In this document: positions 30,115 to 41,085 of the stretch, one piece after another
How the letters are laid out: every line of letters starts with the position of its first letter
Numbering within the stretch: the stretch's first letter is position 1
Assembly (NCBI GenBank): GCA_965661345.1
Contig: CBFIDK010000001.1
Location: 266,543 to 330,542 of the forward strand
Length of the DNA: 64,000 nucleotides
Direction of reading: 5' to 3'
DNA from: Flavobacteriales bacterium
Lineage (GTDB): Bacteria; Bacteroidota; Bacteroidia; Flavobacteriales; UBA7312
Notes under the pieces: model-generated
What the model saw: the letters and a program-made list of their open reading frames with translations, nothing else
Database searches by the model: none
What the model was told of the DNA's origin: nothing
Translations under genes and position numbers: made by a program

Positions 30115-30888
30115 TTACTTTTTTATGTTCGCATCTAGCCATTTCGAAAGAATTTCTAGAAACTGTTTAGGGTGCTCCCACATTGGAGAATGCCCACACT
30201 TGTCGATCCAAAATAATTCTGAGCGACTAAAAAGCCTATGAAATTCTTCAGCTACATGCGGAGGCGTAACGCCATCTTGCTTACCCCAAATTAAACAAAC
30301 TGGAAAATCTAGCTCAGGGATGTCTTTGCTCATATTATGGCGAATAGCAGATTTTGCCATGGCAAGAAGTCGAATGACTGAGTTGCGGTTATTAGCAATT
30401 TCGAATACATTGTCGACTAATTTCTTAGTTGCCATTTTTGGGTCATAAAACACCTCTTCAGTTTTTGTTTTGATATAATTATAATCGCCTCTTCTTGGGA
30501 AAGTATCTCCCATAGAATTTTCATACAATCCTGAGCTGCCCGTTAATACCAGAGAATGGACCATTTCAGGAAAATCTTTTGCAAAAGCCAAGGCAATATG
30601 ACCTCCTAAAGAATTACCAAGCAAGGTGACTTTTTCAGCTTTCTTAAACTCAAGAAAATCATGAATAAAATGCTTGAAATTATTAATGTTTGTCTTAATT
30701 AAAGGCTTGTCAAATAAAGGTAAAATAGGCCCCAAAACTTTATACCCAGAGTTCACAAGTCCAGGGATAATACTCTCAAAATTTTCTAACCCGCCCATCA
30801 AGCCATGTAGCAGCACAATAGTTGGTCCTTCCCCAACCTCTATGTACTCATAACCGTTCTCTTTAATAATGTCGAAGTCTTCAATCAT
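30115..30888 (-). CDS. Alpha/beta-fold hydrolase
   Basis: LLHGLMG oxyanion motif, GNSLGG nucleophile elbow, WGKQD, CGHSP; -7 element TATTTTTG at 30897-30904. Confidence 0.9.
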   Translation of the reverse strand: MIEDFDIIKENGYEYIEVGEGPTIVLLHGLMGGLENFESIIPGLVNSGYKVLGPILPLFDKPLIKTNINNFKHFIHDFLEFKKAEKVTLLGNSLGGHIALAFAKDFPEMVHSLVLTGSSGLYENSMGDTFPRRGDYNYIKTKTEEVFYDPKMATKKLVDNVFEIANNRNSVIRLLAMAKSAIRHNMSKDIPELDFPVCLIWGKQDGVTPPHVAEEFHRLFSRSELFWIDKCGHSPMWEHPKQFLEILSKWLDANIKK

Positions 30889-30988
30889 ATCAGGGGCAAA
30901 AATACATAAAATAAGTTGTCAAATCACATGATGAAATTTATCTCACAATTGAGGTTTTTGGAAAAATATGTGAAATGTTATCAACAAT

Positions 30989-31014
30989 GTGGTAAAATGT
31001 GGTAAAAAGTGGAG
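30989..31014 (+). promoter_or_regulatory. MraZ-binding direct repeats upstream of the dcw operon
   Basis: GTGGTA (30989), GTGGTA (30999), GTGGAG (31009) at exact 10-bp period, like the GTGG-type MraZ repeats of Bacillus and Mycoplasma. Confidence 0.8.
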
Positions 31015-31052
31015 TAAAATTATATATATTTACAACTTGTATCTATAAACGA

Positions 31053-31514
31053 ATGATAAACCTAATAGGAACATACGAATGCAAGATTGATGCTAAAGGT
31101 AGATTGATGCTCCCTTCAGTATTGAAAAAGCAATTGGCTCCAGTTATCGCAGAAGGGTTTGTGCTCAAGCGCTCTGTATTTAGCAGTTGTCTTGAGATAC
31201 ATCCGGTGAGCGAGTGGAATGTTCTTATGGGAGAAGTGAATAAATTGAATCGTTTTGTAAAGAAAAATAACGATTTCATTAGGTTGTTTACTGCTGGGGT
31301 GAAAATGTTAGAAGTGGATTCTAATGCGCGTCTACAAGTGCCAAAAGATTTAATTTCTTTCGCCTCAATTTCTAAAAATATTGTTCTCTCTTGCTCCTTA
31401 AACATGATTGAAATTTGGGATAAAGACCAATATGAGCAAGTTCTAAAAGATGCAACTTCCGATTTCGCAGACTTGGCTGAAGAAGTAATGGGTTCAATTC
31501 AAAACGAGGACTAA
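31053..31514 (+). CDS. mraZ: Division/cell-wall cluster transcriptional repressor MraZ
   Basis: GTYECKIDAKGRL, VDSNARLQVP, IEIWD; ATG 31053 preferred over the track's GTG start. Confidence 0.95.
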   Translation: MINLIGTYECKIDAKGRLMLPSVLKKQLAPVIAEGFVLKRSVFSSCLEIHPVSEWNVLMGEVNKLNRFVKKNNDFIRLFTAGVKMLEVDSNARLQVPKDLISFASISKNIVLSCSLNMIEIWDKDQYEQVLKDATSDFADLAEEVMGSIQNED

Positions 31515-32413
31515 TGGGGTATCACGAGGCAGTATTATTAAAAGAATCTATTGCTGGCCTTCGTATTGACCCTAACGGCACCTATGTTGATGTCACTTTT
31601 GGTGGCGGAGGACATTCAAAATCTATACTTGAAAAACTAGATAAAGGAACATTGTTTGCGTTTGATCAAGATGCTGATGCACAAAAAAATTCAATCGATG
31701 ATAACCGTTTCGTGCTTATCAATCAGAATTTCAGATTTATGCAGAAGTTTTTGAGGCTAGAAGGGGTATTGAAAGTAGACGGTATCCTGGCAGATTTGGG
31801 TGTTTCATCGTATCAATTTGACACGGCCGAAAGAGGTTTCTCTATACGAGAAGAAGGAGAGCTAGATATGCGAATGAATACCACTCAAGAGTTGTCCGCA
31901 ATGCAAGTGGTGAATGAATATGAACTTGATGATTTATGCCGAATATTTAGAGAGTATGGCGAATTGAAAAATGCGTTCTCAATTTCAAAATCAATTCTAT
32001 TAGCTAGAGAAGAAGGTGAAATTCTTACAACCGAAGACCTCAAAAATGCGGTAAAAAAACATATCCCACAACACAAGAGCAATAAGATTTTAGCTCAGCT
32101 ATTTCAGGCCATTAGAATTGAAGTTAACGATGAGCTAAAAGCGCTGAAAGAGATGCTCTTACAGTCTGTTGATTTATTAAAAACGGGGGGGAGACTATCC
32201 GTGATTTCATACCACTCTTTGGAAGATAGACTCGTTAAAAACCTAATTAAATCAGGCAATTTTAAGGGTGATATTGAGAAAGACTTTTATGGCGTTCCAA
32301 ACCTAATTCTAAAAGCGATTAGCAAAAAACCCATAACAGCTTCGCAAGAAGAGTTAGAAAGTAATCCAAGATCAAGAAGTGCAAAACTAAGAGTCAGTGA
32401 AAAGTTAGCATGA
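31514..32413 (+). CDS. rsmH: 16S rRNA m4C1402 methyltransferase
   Basis: YHEAVLL, DVTFGGGGHS, ADLGVSS, FQAIRIEVN, SYHSLEDR, NPRSRSAKLR. Confidence 0.97.
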   Translation: MGYHEAVLLKESIAGLRIDPNGTYVDVTFGGGGHSKSILEKLDKGTLFAFDQDADAQKNSIDDNRFVLINQNFRFMQKFLRLEGVLKVDGILADLGVSSYQFDTAERGFSIREEGELDMRMNTTQELSAMQVVNEYELDDLCRIFREYGELKNAFSISKSILLAREEGEILTTEDLKNAVKKHIPQHKSNKILAQLFQAIRIEVNDELKALKEMLLQSVDLLKTGGRLSVISYHSLEDRLVKNLIKSGNFKGDIEKDFYGVPNLILKAISKKPITASQEELESNPRSRSAKLRVSEKLA

Positions 32414-32754
32414 AAGATTTAAAGCAAACATATGAACCTAACAAAGGATTTCAGAGTAATTTTTCTGATGTATTGAGCGGAAAAATTTTAGAAAAAGGAC
32501 TTTTTGAACTGCTTCCTTTTTCATTATACATCTGTTTGTTACTAGTGTTTTATATAAACAATTCGTATAGAGCTGAAAGTAGCATTCGAACCATTTCATC
32601 TCTTGAGCGAGAGCTAAAAGATTTGAGATCAGAATACATCACTACCAAGTCGTTGCTAATGTACCAAAGCAAACAGACTGAAGTACAATCGCTAGTGGCT
32701 GACCACGGGATAGTAAAAAGCAATCAGCAACCATTTATAATTCGTGCTAAATAA
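32410..32754 (+). CDS. ftsL: FtsL-like cell division protein
   Basis: Single TM then coiled coil (ELKDLRSEYIT); position between rsmH and PBP. Confidence 0.8.
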   Translation: MKDLKQTYEPNKGFQSNFSDVLSGKILEKGLFELLPFSLYICLLLVFYINNSYRAESSIRTISSLERELKDLRSEYITTKSLLMYQSKQTEVQSLVADHGIVKSNQQPFIIRAK

Positions 32755-34838
32755 TGAATCATCCTAAAAACATAAAAAGGCGAGCTGTTGCTATTTATCT
32801 TTTTATGATTTTAATGGCACTTGCCATAATAATTCAGCCTTTATACACGCAATTTTTTGAGTCTCATTTATGGAATACCGACAAGTTTAACGTTACGCGA
32901 ACCGTAAATGTAGCAGCAGCTCGAGGGAACATTTATTCAGACGATTTATCATTACTAGCAACATCCATTCCTGAATATGAAATTAGATGGGATGCCAAAC
33001 AAGTAGATAAAGAGCTTTTAGAAGAAAACATAAATGAATTAGCCAAACAGCTATCTATTCTTTTCAAGGATAAAACATCTTCTGATTACGTTTCTTTACT
33101 TAGAAAAAGCTGGAATCAAAAGAAACGCTATGCTTTAATCAGAAGGAACGTTAACTATAACGAGTTGAAATCTCTAAAGCGTTTTCCAATATTCAAAGAA
33201 GGGCGCTACAAGGGAGGTTTCAGATACATTCAGTTAAATAATAGGCAACAGCCTTTTCAAGAAATTGCAAGCAGAACCATTGGTTATCACAAGCAACACT
33301 CTAAGTCGGTAGGTATCGAAGGGGCCTTTAATTTTGATCTGAAGGGTAGAGATGGCGAACGACTAGAGCAACGACTTGCAGGTAACGAGTGGATGCCAGT
33401 TCGAGAAAGAGAATCTTTTCCAGGAAAAGATGTCATTACTACCATTGATATTCGTTTTCAAGATGTCGCTCACAAAGCATTAGAAGATAGATTGCGTTTT
33501 CATGATGCCGACTTTGGAACCACTGTATTAATGGAAGTTTCAACAGGTGCAGTTAAAGCTATTGTAAACCTAAAGAAAAACGACAACGGAAGTTATGTTG
33601 AGCGTTACAATTATGCCATTGGCCAAAGTGTTGAGCCTGGTTCAACATTCAAACTAGCTTCAGTAATCGCAGCACTTGAAGATGGTTATCTTGATGAAAA
33701 TGATTCCGTGAACACAACAGGTGGTAGTCATCAGTTTTACGATAGAGTCATGCGTGATTCGCGTGAAGGGGGATATGGTACCATTTCTTTAGAAAGGTCA
33801 TTTACTAAATCATCAAATGTCGGAATTTCAAAGCTAATTAATAAACACTATAAATCAAATCCTTCACAGTTTGTAGATAGAATTTACAGCATGGGTCTAA
33901 ATGAAGCTTTAGGTATTTCTTTATCTGGTGAAGTAAAGCCAGATATTAGGCATCCCAAGCAAACGAAAAACTGGTCCGGAACTACCTTGCCATGGATGTC
34001 CATTGGTTATGGTATCAAGCTTACGCCAATTCAAATATTGAGTTTTTATTCCTCAATTGCCAATGACGGACAGCAAATGAAACCCTATTTCGTCAAATCA
34101 ATCATGAATAATGGTATGGTCGAGAAAAACTTTTCGCCAGAAGTTTTGAATCCTTCAATTTGTTCGATGACTAGCATTAAAAAAGTAAAGAAAATGTTAG
34201 AGAATGTTGTAGAAGATGGAACCGCAAGCAACATTCGTTCAAAGCAGTACAAAATTGCTGGTAAAACAGGCACTACTCAGCTAATTATTGATGGCAAGTA
34301 TACCAATGAAAGACACTTAGCATCATTTGTAGGTTACTTCCCTGCTGATTATCCCAAATACGCTTGTATAGTGATGATTAATGACCCCATGCAAAACGGT
34401 AGTTATGGTGGAGATGTTGCTGCACCAGTTTTCAGAGTTATTTCTGATTATGTGTATAACACAGACTTATCCTTGCAGAAGCCAGATACCGTTTTTTACG
34501 CCCAATCACCAGTTTCTAAAGATGGCAATAAATCGGATTTAGCGAATGTGCTAAATGAATTGTCAGTAGAAATATCAGATGACAACCCCCTTTCTGAGTG
34601 GGTGCTCACAAACGCTAAAAAAGATGCAGTAGAGTTTAGCACGAGAAACATTCATAAAGATCTTGAAAATAATACCATGCCAAATATAAAAGGTATGGGT
34701 TTGAGTGATGTGCTATTTCTATTAGAGAATTACGGTTTGAAGGTAATTTACAGTGGTAGAGGGAGTATAAAATCACAATCAATTGACAAAGGACAACAAA
34801 TTCGAAAAGGACAACAAATCAATATAATACTATCGTGA
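32754..34838 (+). CDS. ftsI: Septal class B penicillin-binding protein with C-terminal PASTA domain
   Basis: AARGNIYS, EPGSTFK (SxxK), SSN (SxN), AGKTGT (KTG); MPNIKGM PASTA. Confidence 0.92.
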   Translation: MNHPKNIKRRAVAIYLFMILMALAIIIQPLYTQFFESHLWNTDKFNVTRTVNVAAARGNIYSDDLSLLATSIPEYEIRWDAKQVDKELLEENINELAKQLSILFKDKTSSDYVSLLRKSWNQKKRYALIRRNVNYNELKSLKRFPIFKEGRYKGGFRYIQLNNRQQPFQEIASRTIGYHKQHSKSVGIEGAFNFDLKGRDGERLEQRLAGNEWMPVRERESFPGKDVITTIDIRFQDVAHKALEDRLRFHDADFGTTVLMEVSTGAVKAIVNLKKNDNGSYVERYNYAIGQSVEPGSTFKLASVIAALEDGYLDENDSVNTTGGSHQFYDRVMRDSREGGYGTISLERSFTKSSNVGISKLINKHYKSNPSQFVDRIYSMGLNEALGISLSGEVKPDIRHPKQTKNWSGTTLPWMSIGYGIKLTPIQILSFYSSIANDGQQMKPYFVKSIMNNGMVEKNFSPEVLNPSICSMTSIKKVKKMLENVVEDGTASNIRSKQYKIAGKTGTTQLIIDGKYTNERHLASFVGYFPADYPKYACIVMINDPMQNGSYGGDVAAPVFRVISDYVYNTDLSLQKPDTVFYAQSPVSKDGNKSDLANVLNELSVEISDDNPLSEWVLTNAKKDAVEFSTRNIHKDLENNTMPNIKGMGLSDVLFLLENYGLKVIYSGRGSIKSQSIDKGQQIRKGQQINIILS

Positions 34839-36295
34839 AGTTATTACAAGACATATTATATAAGATTGAATTACTTGAGTGTGCTGGTTCAACTCACATT
34901 GCCATTCCTCAGATATGTTTTGATTCTAGAAACATAGTCAAAGATTGCTTATTTGTTGCTGTTAAGGGGACTCAAGTCGATGGGCATAAATACATTGAAC
35001 AAGCTATACAAAACGGCGCTGTTGCTATTTTGGCTGAAGAACTTCCACTTAGTAAGCCCGAGGGTGTAACTTATATTAGAGTAAAAAATAGTTCAGAGTC
35101 CTTGGGTATTCTTGCCGCTAATTTTTATGACAATCCTTCAGAAAAATTAAATGTTGTTGCCATTACCGGAACAAACGGAAAAACTTCGGTAGCAACCTTG
35201 TTACATCAGTATTATCAATCGATTGGTGAGAAGTCAGGATTATTATCCACCATTACAAATAAAATAGGTCATAATGCTTTGCCATCTACACATACTACGC
35301 CAGATGCTCTCAGCATAAACCTCTTACTATCAAAAATGGTCAATGAGGGCTGTAAATACTGTTTCATGGAAGCAAGTTCTCATGCTATTCACCAAAACAG
35401 AATATTTGGGTTGTCATTAAAAGGGGCGGTATTTATGAATATTAGTCATGATCATTTGGACTACCACCAAACATTTGACGATTATATTTTAGCAAAAAAA
35501 GCATTGTTTGATAATCTTCCAGAAGCTGCTTTTGCACTGGTTAACAAAGACGACAGACATGGTTTAAATATGTTACATCATTGTGCTGCCAAAGCATACA
35601 CATTTGCTCAAAAATCTTCAGCGGATTTCAAAGTCAAAATTTTAGAAAGTCGTTTTGATGGCACCTTACTAAACTGCAATGGAAAAGAAGTATGGACGAG
35701 ATTGATAGGGCAATTCAATGCCTATAATCTTTTAGCCATTTATTCGACTGCCATATTATTAGGTCAAGATGAGACACAAGCCCTCACTACAATTAGCGCA
35801 TTAAATAGTGCTGAAGGGCGATTTGAAATTAGCCGATCTGAGGATGGAAAAGTAGGTATTATAGATTATGCACATACACCAGACGCTCTGTTAAATGTGA
35901 TTAATACTATAAATGAAATTAAACAAAATCAACAGTTAATTACAGTATTTGGTTGCGGTGGCGATAGAGATAAAAGCAAGCGTTCTAAGATGGGAAAAAT
36001 CGCTTCTGAACTAAGTGAAAAAGTCATCGTTACTAGCGACAACCCTCGGTCTGAAAATCCCGATACTATCATTGAAGAAATCCTTTCAGGCGTAGATGCT
36101 AAAAACCTCAAAAAAGTTATTGCTATTAGTGATAGGAAGGCAGCTATAAAAACAGCTTGTTCATTAGCTCAGCAAGGTGATGTTATTCTCATTGCTGGAA
36201 AAGGACATGAAAAGTACCAAGAAATTAAAGGGGAGAAATTTCCTTTTGATGATAAAGAAGAATTGAAACACACATTTAAAATATTACAAGAATAA
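34835..36295 (+). CDS. murE: UDP-MurNAc-L-Ala-D-Glu--diaminopimelate ligase
   Basis: [42 protein letters not shown] (DAP specificity), AGKGHE. Confidence 0.95.
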   Translation: MKLLQDILYKIELLECAGSTHIAIPQICFDSRNIVKDCLFVAVKGTQVDGHKYIEQAIQNGAVAILAEELPLSKPEGVTYIRVKNSSESLGILAANFYDNPSEKLNVVAITGTNGKTSVATLLHQYYQSIGEKSGLLSTITNKIGHNALPSTHTTPDALSINLLLSKMVNEGCKYCFMEASSHAIHQNRIFGLSLKGAVFMNISHDHLDYHQTFDDYILAKKALFDNLPEAAFALVNKDDRHGLNMLHHCAAKAYTFAQKSSADFKVKILESRFDGTLLNCNGKEVWTRLIGQFNAYNLLAIYSTAILLGQDETQALTTISALNSAEGRFEISRSEDGKVGIIDYAHTPDALLNVINTINEIKQNQQLITVFGCGGDRDKSKRSKMGKIASELSEKVIVTSDNPRSENPDTIIEEILSGVDAKNLKKVIAISDRKAAIKTACSLAQQGDVILIAGKGHEKYQEIKGEKFPFDDKEELKHTFKILQE

Positions 36296-37509
36296 TGCTT
36301 TATTACCTTTTTGAATATCTCGATTCAACTTACCAGCTTCCAGGGGCAGGTGTATTTCAGTACATTTCTTTTAGAGCAGCGATGGCGGTAATTACGTCTT
36401 TGTTAGTGTCAATGGTTTTTGGTGGTCGTATTATCAATTTCATAAGAAATAAGCAGATTGGTGAAGAGGTAAGAGAGCTTGGATTACAAGGTGAAGCACA
36501 GAAAAAAGGTACGCCAACAATGGGTGGTCTTATTATCATAGCAGCTATTTTATTGCCTACAATTTTATTTGCAAAACTTTCAAATATATATATCCTTTTA
36601 ATGATAGTCTCTACGATATGGTTAGGCATTATTGGATTCATTGACGATTACATTAAAGTCTTCAAAAAAGACAAAGAAGGTTTAGCAGGTCGCTTCAAAA
36701 TTATTGGACAAGTAGGTTTAGGCATTATCATTGGGTTTACGATTTATTTCCACGATGGGATTACAATTAAAGAAGAAATTAGAGGAGATTTAATTCCAAA
36801 TCAGGAAGTGGTATTTGGAGAAGAAATAAAGTCTCTTAAAACAACAATTCCATTTGTAAAAAATAACGAGTTTGATTATTCCAGATTAGTATCTTGGATG
36901 GGTGACAGTGCAGCATCATATGCTTGGATTGCCTTTGTCTTGATAGTTATTTTCATAGTTACTGCTGTAAGTAATGGAGCAAACATGACTGACGGTTTGG
37001 ATGGTTTAGCAACGGGGACTTCGGCTATTATTGGTGCAACCTTAGGTATTTTAGCTTATGTCTCTGGTAATGTGTTTTTCGCTGATTACCTCAATATTAT
37101 GTATCTGCCAAATTCAGGTGAATTAGTAATTTATATGGCATCATTTGTTGGTGCATGCGTAGGGTTCTTATGGTACAATTCTTTTCCTGCTCAAGTTTTT
37201 ATGGGAGATACTGGAAGTTTGGCTTTAGGCGGAATAATTGCCGTATTCGCAATAGCAATAAGGAAGGAATTATTGATTCCTGTTTTATGTGGAATTTTCT
37301 TGGTAGAGAATCTTTCCGTAATGATGCAGGTATCTTATTTCAAGTATACCAAAAAGAAGTTTGGCGAGGGCAAGCGCATATTTAAAATGGCACCCTTACA
37401 CCACCATTATCAAAAACTAGGAATGCATGAGAGTAAGATAGTCACGCGCTTTTGGATTGTGGGGGTAATGCTAGCGATAATAACCATTGTCACTTTAAAA
37501 TTAAGATAA
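36295..37509 (+). CDS. mraY: Phospho-N-acetylmuramoyl-pentapeptide transferase
   Basis: [43 protein letters not shown]. Confidence 0.97.
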   Translation: MLYYLFEYLDSTYQLPGAGVFQYISFRAAMAVITSLLVSMVFGGRIINFIRNKQIGEEVRELGLQGEAQKKGTPTMGGLIIIAAILLPTILFAKLSNIYILLMIVSTIWLGIIGFIDDYIKVFKKDKEGLAGRFKIIGQVGLGIIIGFTIYFHDGITIKEEIRGDLIPNQEVVFGEEIKSLKTTIPFVKNNEFDYSRLVSWMGDSAASYAWIAFVLIVIFIVTAVSNGANMTDGLDGLATGTSAIIGATLGILAYVSGNVFFADYLNIMYLPNSGELVIYMASFVGACVGFLWYNSFPAQVFMGDTGSLALGGIIAVFAIAIRKELLIPVLCGIFLVENLSVMMQVSYFKYTKKKFGEGKRIFKMAPLHHHYQKLGMHESKIVTRFWIVGVMLAIITIVTLKLR

Positions 37510-38834
37510 TGGAAAAAGTAGTTGTGCTTGGCGGTGGAGAAAGTGGCTGTGGAGCGGCTGTTTTAGCACAACAAAAAGGATTTAATGTGTTTCTTTCTGA
37601 CAATGGAAAGATAAAGGAGAAATATAAAAATGTTCTTACACATAATGAGATTGAGTGGGAAGAGGAAAAACATACCGATTCACGTTTTTTTGACGCTGAT
37701 ATAATCGTTAAAAGTCCTGGTATTCCTGATTTTATTCCATTAATAGTGGATTTGAAAAATGCAGGTATACCTGTTGTTTCAGAAATAGAATTTGCAATTC
37801 AATATACTGACGCAAAAATTATTGCAGTAACAGGAAGTAACGGAAAAACAACCACAACACTATTGATAGGTCACATACTTAAAAAAGCAGGACTTAGCGT
37901 AGGAGTTGCTGGAAATATAGGTGAGAGTTTTGCTTTACAAGTAGCTAATGAAAATTACGATTATTATGTACTTGAACTTAGTAGTTTTCAATTAGATGGA
38001 ATTCGCTCCTTCAAACCCCACATCGCAATTCTGTTAAACATTACCCCTGACCATTTAGAAAGGTATGGCAATAATATTCAGAATTACATCCAATCAAAAC
38101 TTAGGATTACTATGAATCAAAACAGTAGCGATTATCTAATCTATTGTGCTGATGACAGTAATACCACTGAACATTTAAAGACACAAGCTCAATGTTTACC
38201 ATTTTCAATTAAGAAAAAAATAGAACAGGGAGCTTATTTAGAAAAAGACGAAATAAAATTAAACATTAATGATAAGTCATTTATTATGAATATTCAACAA
38301 CTAGCCCTACAAGGCAAACATAACATCTATAACTCCATGGCTGCATCGATTGCATCTAGGATTTTAGATTTGAAAAAAGATATAATCAGAGAAAGTCTTA
38401 TTGACTTCAAAAACGTAGAACACCGACTTGAAAGGGTGATAAAAGTTCACGGTATTGAGTTCATCAATGACTCCAAAGCCACTAACGTAAATTCTACTTG
38501 GTATGCTCTTGAAAGCATGACAAAGGATACTGTTTGGATAGTTGGAGGAGTTGACAAGGGAAATGATTATTCTTCGCTTATTCCTTTAGTAAAGGAAAAA
38601 GTTAAAACAATAGTTTGCATTGGTGACAATGTGGAATCAATCAAGAATTCGTTTGAAAATTTAGGCGTTGAAATGCTGTTTGCTAGCGATATGAAAGAAG
38701 CGGTTAATTTATCCTATTCAAGTGCTTTGAAAGGAGATGCTGTTTTGTTATCTCCAGCCTGTGCAAGCTTTGATTGGTTTGAAAACTATGAGCACAGAGG
38801 GTATGAATTTAAATCAATGGTCAGAACATTATAA
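37509..38834 (+). CDS. murD: UDP-MurNAc-L-Ala--D-glutamate ligase
   Basis: LGGGESG, KSPGIP, TGSNGKTTT, ELSSFQL, NDSKATN, LSPACASFD; ATG 37509. Confidence 0.95.
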   Translation: MEKVVVLGGGESGCGAAVLAQQKGFNVFLSDNGKIKEKYKNVLTHNEIEWEEEKHTDSRFFDADIIVKSPGIPDFIPLIVDLKNAGIPVVSEIEFAIQYTDAKIIAVTGSNGKTTTTLLIGHILKKAGLSVGVAGNIGESFALQVANENYDYYVLELSSFQLDGIRSFKPHIAILLNITPDHLERYGNNIQNYIQSKLRITMNQNSSDYLIYCADDSNTTEHLKTQAQCLPFSIKKKIEQGAYLEKDEIKLNINDKSFIMNIQQLALQGKHNIYNSMAASIASRILDLKKDIIRESLIDFKNVEHRLERVIKVHGIEFINDSKATNVNSTWYALESMTKDTVWIVGGVDKGNDYSSLIPLVKEKVKTIVCIGDNVESIKNSFENLGVEMLFASDMKEAVNLSYSSALKGDAVLLSPACASFDWFENYEHRGYEFKSMVRTL

Positions 38835-40001
38835 ATGGGATTTTTAAAAAAACATATCAATCTTGAAGGGGATACCCGAATTTGGGCGGTCATTTTCTTC
38901 TTGGTATTTGTTTCCATAGTAGTGGTGTATAGCGCAACAGGGGGCTTGGCATACACATCATATGGCGGCAATACGTGGTATTTATTTTTTAAACATTGCA
39001 GGTTTTTACTAATTGGATTGGTTTTCATTTATTTCATTCATAAAATTCCACACAAATATTATTCAAGACTTGGTCAGTTAGGCTTTATAATTGCCATACC
39101 AATATTAATTTATACGGTAGCATTTGGTACTTCTTTAAACGATGCTAGTCGCTGGATAACCATTGGCGATATGCCCATTAATACCTTTGAAATTGGGAAG
39201 ATAGCTATTACCGTATTTTTAGCACGTCAGTTGGTGAAAATTCAAGATAGTATTACAGACTTAAAGAGCGTAGCATGGAAATTATTTGCGCCACTTCTTT
39301 TAGTTTGTGCTATTATTTTCCCTGCAAACTTTTCTACTGCAGCAATGATATTTGCAGCAAACCTCATGCTATTATATTTGGGAGGTGTACCTTTCAGGTA
39401 TTTGTTATTATTAGTAGTCGGTATAGTTGGTTTAGGAGCTATTGTAATTAGTCTATCACTTACAGTTCCTGCACTTCAAAAAACATTCCCAAGAGCGCAA
39501 ACTTGGGTAAATAGAGTAACGAATTTCTCACAAGACAAATCTGTTAATAGTGATGCGTTTTATCAAGTTACTCATGCAAAAATTGCAATTGTAAATGGTG
39601 GCATCAAAGGCAGAGGCCCGGGTAAGAGTACTCAAAGAAATGTCTTGCCACTACCAAATTCAGATTACGTCTATGCAATTCTTATTGAAGAATGGGGGGC
39701 TTTAGGAGGCATAGCGGTTGTGTTTGCATATATCGTATTACTGCTTCGAGGTAAACGTATTTTTAATTTAGCCCCTGACCCTTTAGCGGCTTATTTAGGT
39801 GTAGGGCTCAGTATTTCTTTAGTATTTCAAGCCTTTGTAAATATGGCCGTTGCAGTGGATTTATTTCCAGTAACTGGTCAAACTCTACCAATGATTAGTA
39901 TGGGGGGAGTTTCGGTAATATTTACCTGTATTTCTTTAGGAATAATTTTAAGTACTAGTAAAGGAATTAACGTTTCTAAAATCAGTGCCAATGTCAGTTA
40001 G
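38835..40001 (+). CDS. ftsW: SEDS family peptidoglycan polymerase FtsW
   Basis: Multi-TM; ASRWI, GPGKS.QR..LP...DY..AI..EEWG, TGQTLPMISMGG. Confidence 0.93.
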   Translation: MGFLKKHINLEGDTRIWAVIFFLVFVSIVVVYSATGGLAYTSYGGNTWYLFFKHCRFLLIGLVFIYFIHKIPHKYYSRLGQLGFIIAIPILIYTVAFGTSLNDASRWITIGDMPINTFEIGKIAITVFLARQLVKIQDSITDLKSVAWKLFAPLLLVCAIIFPANFSTAAMIFAANLMLLYLGGVPFRYLLLLVVGIVGLGAIVISLSLTVPALQKTFPRAQTWVNRVTNFSQDKSVNSDAFYQVTHAKIAIVNGGIKGRGPGKSTQRNVLPLPNSDYVYAILIEEWGALGGIAVVFAYIVLLLRGKRIFNLAPDPLAAYLGVGLSISLVFQAFVNMAVAVDLFPVTGQTLPMISMGGVSVIFTCISLGIILSTSKGINVSKISANVS

Positions 40002-41085
40002 AGTAATCATAAGCGGAGGTGGTACTGGAGGGCATATCTTTCCAGCAATTTCAATTGCAAATGAATTGAAATCTAGAGTTAAAGATATTGATATACTTTT
40101 TGTAGGCGCAAAAGGAAGAATGGAGATGGAAAAAGTGCCAAAGGCCGGATATCCCATTAAGGGTTTAAGTATTAATGGCTTTCAAAGAAATTGGAGAGAC
40201 ACAAGAAACCTATCTTTCCCTTTTAAATTACTATTTAGTCTACTGAAGTCTTTTTTCATTGTCAGAAAATTTAAGCCCTCAGTAGTGGTCGGAACAGGCG
40301 GATATGCTAGTGGACCTTTATTGTTTGTGGCCTCTAAATTATCAATACCAGCACTGATTCAAGAGCAAAACTCATATCCAGGGATTACGAATAAACTATT
40401 ATCAAAATCGGTACAAAAAATATGTGTTGCTTATGAAAATATGCAACGCTTTTTCCCTGCCGATAAGTTGCTGTTGTTGGGCAATCCCATAAGAAAAGAT
40501 TTGATTGACACTTCTTCAAAAAAAGCACTAGGCATCAATCGATTTGAATTGGATGAAAATAAGCCTGTTGTTTTAGTAATTGGTGGAAGTTTAGGCGCTA
40601 GAACAATTAATGAAACCATGGCGTCTTTAATTGACGAATTGGAGTCTAAAGATATTCAGCTTATATGGCAAACGGGAGTATCGTTTGAAAAGCAAGCTTT
40701 GGAGTTAATTGAGGGCAAAAAAAATATTCAAGCCAGTGCATTTATTTATGAGATGGATTTGGCTTACAGCGTAGCGGATATAATAATTTCAAGAGCGGGG
40801 GCAAGTACCATTTCAGAATTATGTCTTATTGCTAAACCAGCAATTCTAATTCCATCGCCAAATGTTGCTGAAGATCATCAAACCAAAAACGCAATGGCAT
40901 TGGTAGAAAAAATGGCAGCCGTAATGGTAAAGGATAAAGAAGCAAAAAATGAGTTGGGTAAAACATTAAGTGAATTACTTAGCGACAAAAAAAAGCAAGA
41001 GGAGTTATCAAAAAACATTAAAAAGTTAGCCATAGCTAACTCCTCAGAATTAATAGTAGACGAAGTATTAAAGTTAATAGATTAA
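39991..41085 (+). CDS. murG: Lipid II GlcNAc transferase
   Basis: SGGGTGGHIFPA, GTGGYASGP, QEQNS.PG, GGSLGA, SRAGAST, DHQTKNA. Confidence 0.97.
   Translation: MSVRVIISGGGTGGHIFPAISIANELKSRVKDIDILFVGAKGRMEMEKVPKAGYPIKGLSINGFQRNWRDTRNLSFPFKLLFSLLKSFFIVRKFKPSVVVGTGGYASGPLLFVASKLSIPALIQEQNSYPGITNKLLSKSVQKICVAYENMQRFFPADKLLLLGNPIRKDLIDTSSKKALGINRFELDENKPVVLVIGGSLGARTINETMASLIDELESKDIQLIWQTGVSFEKQALELIEGKKNIQASAFIYEMDLAYSVADIIISRAGASTISELCLIAKPAILIPSPNVAEDHQTKNAMALVEKMAAVMVKDKEAKNELGKTLSELLSDKKKQEELSKNIKKLAIANSSELIVDEVLKLID

Noticed and set aside
30978-30986. TTATCAACA next to the MraZ repeats, resembling a DnaA box
   Set aside because: Single copy with one mismatch to TTATCCACA in AT-rich DNA; no box cluster or unwinding element, so neither oriC nor DnaA control can be supported.
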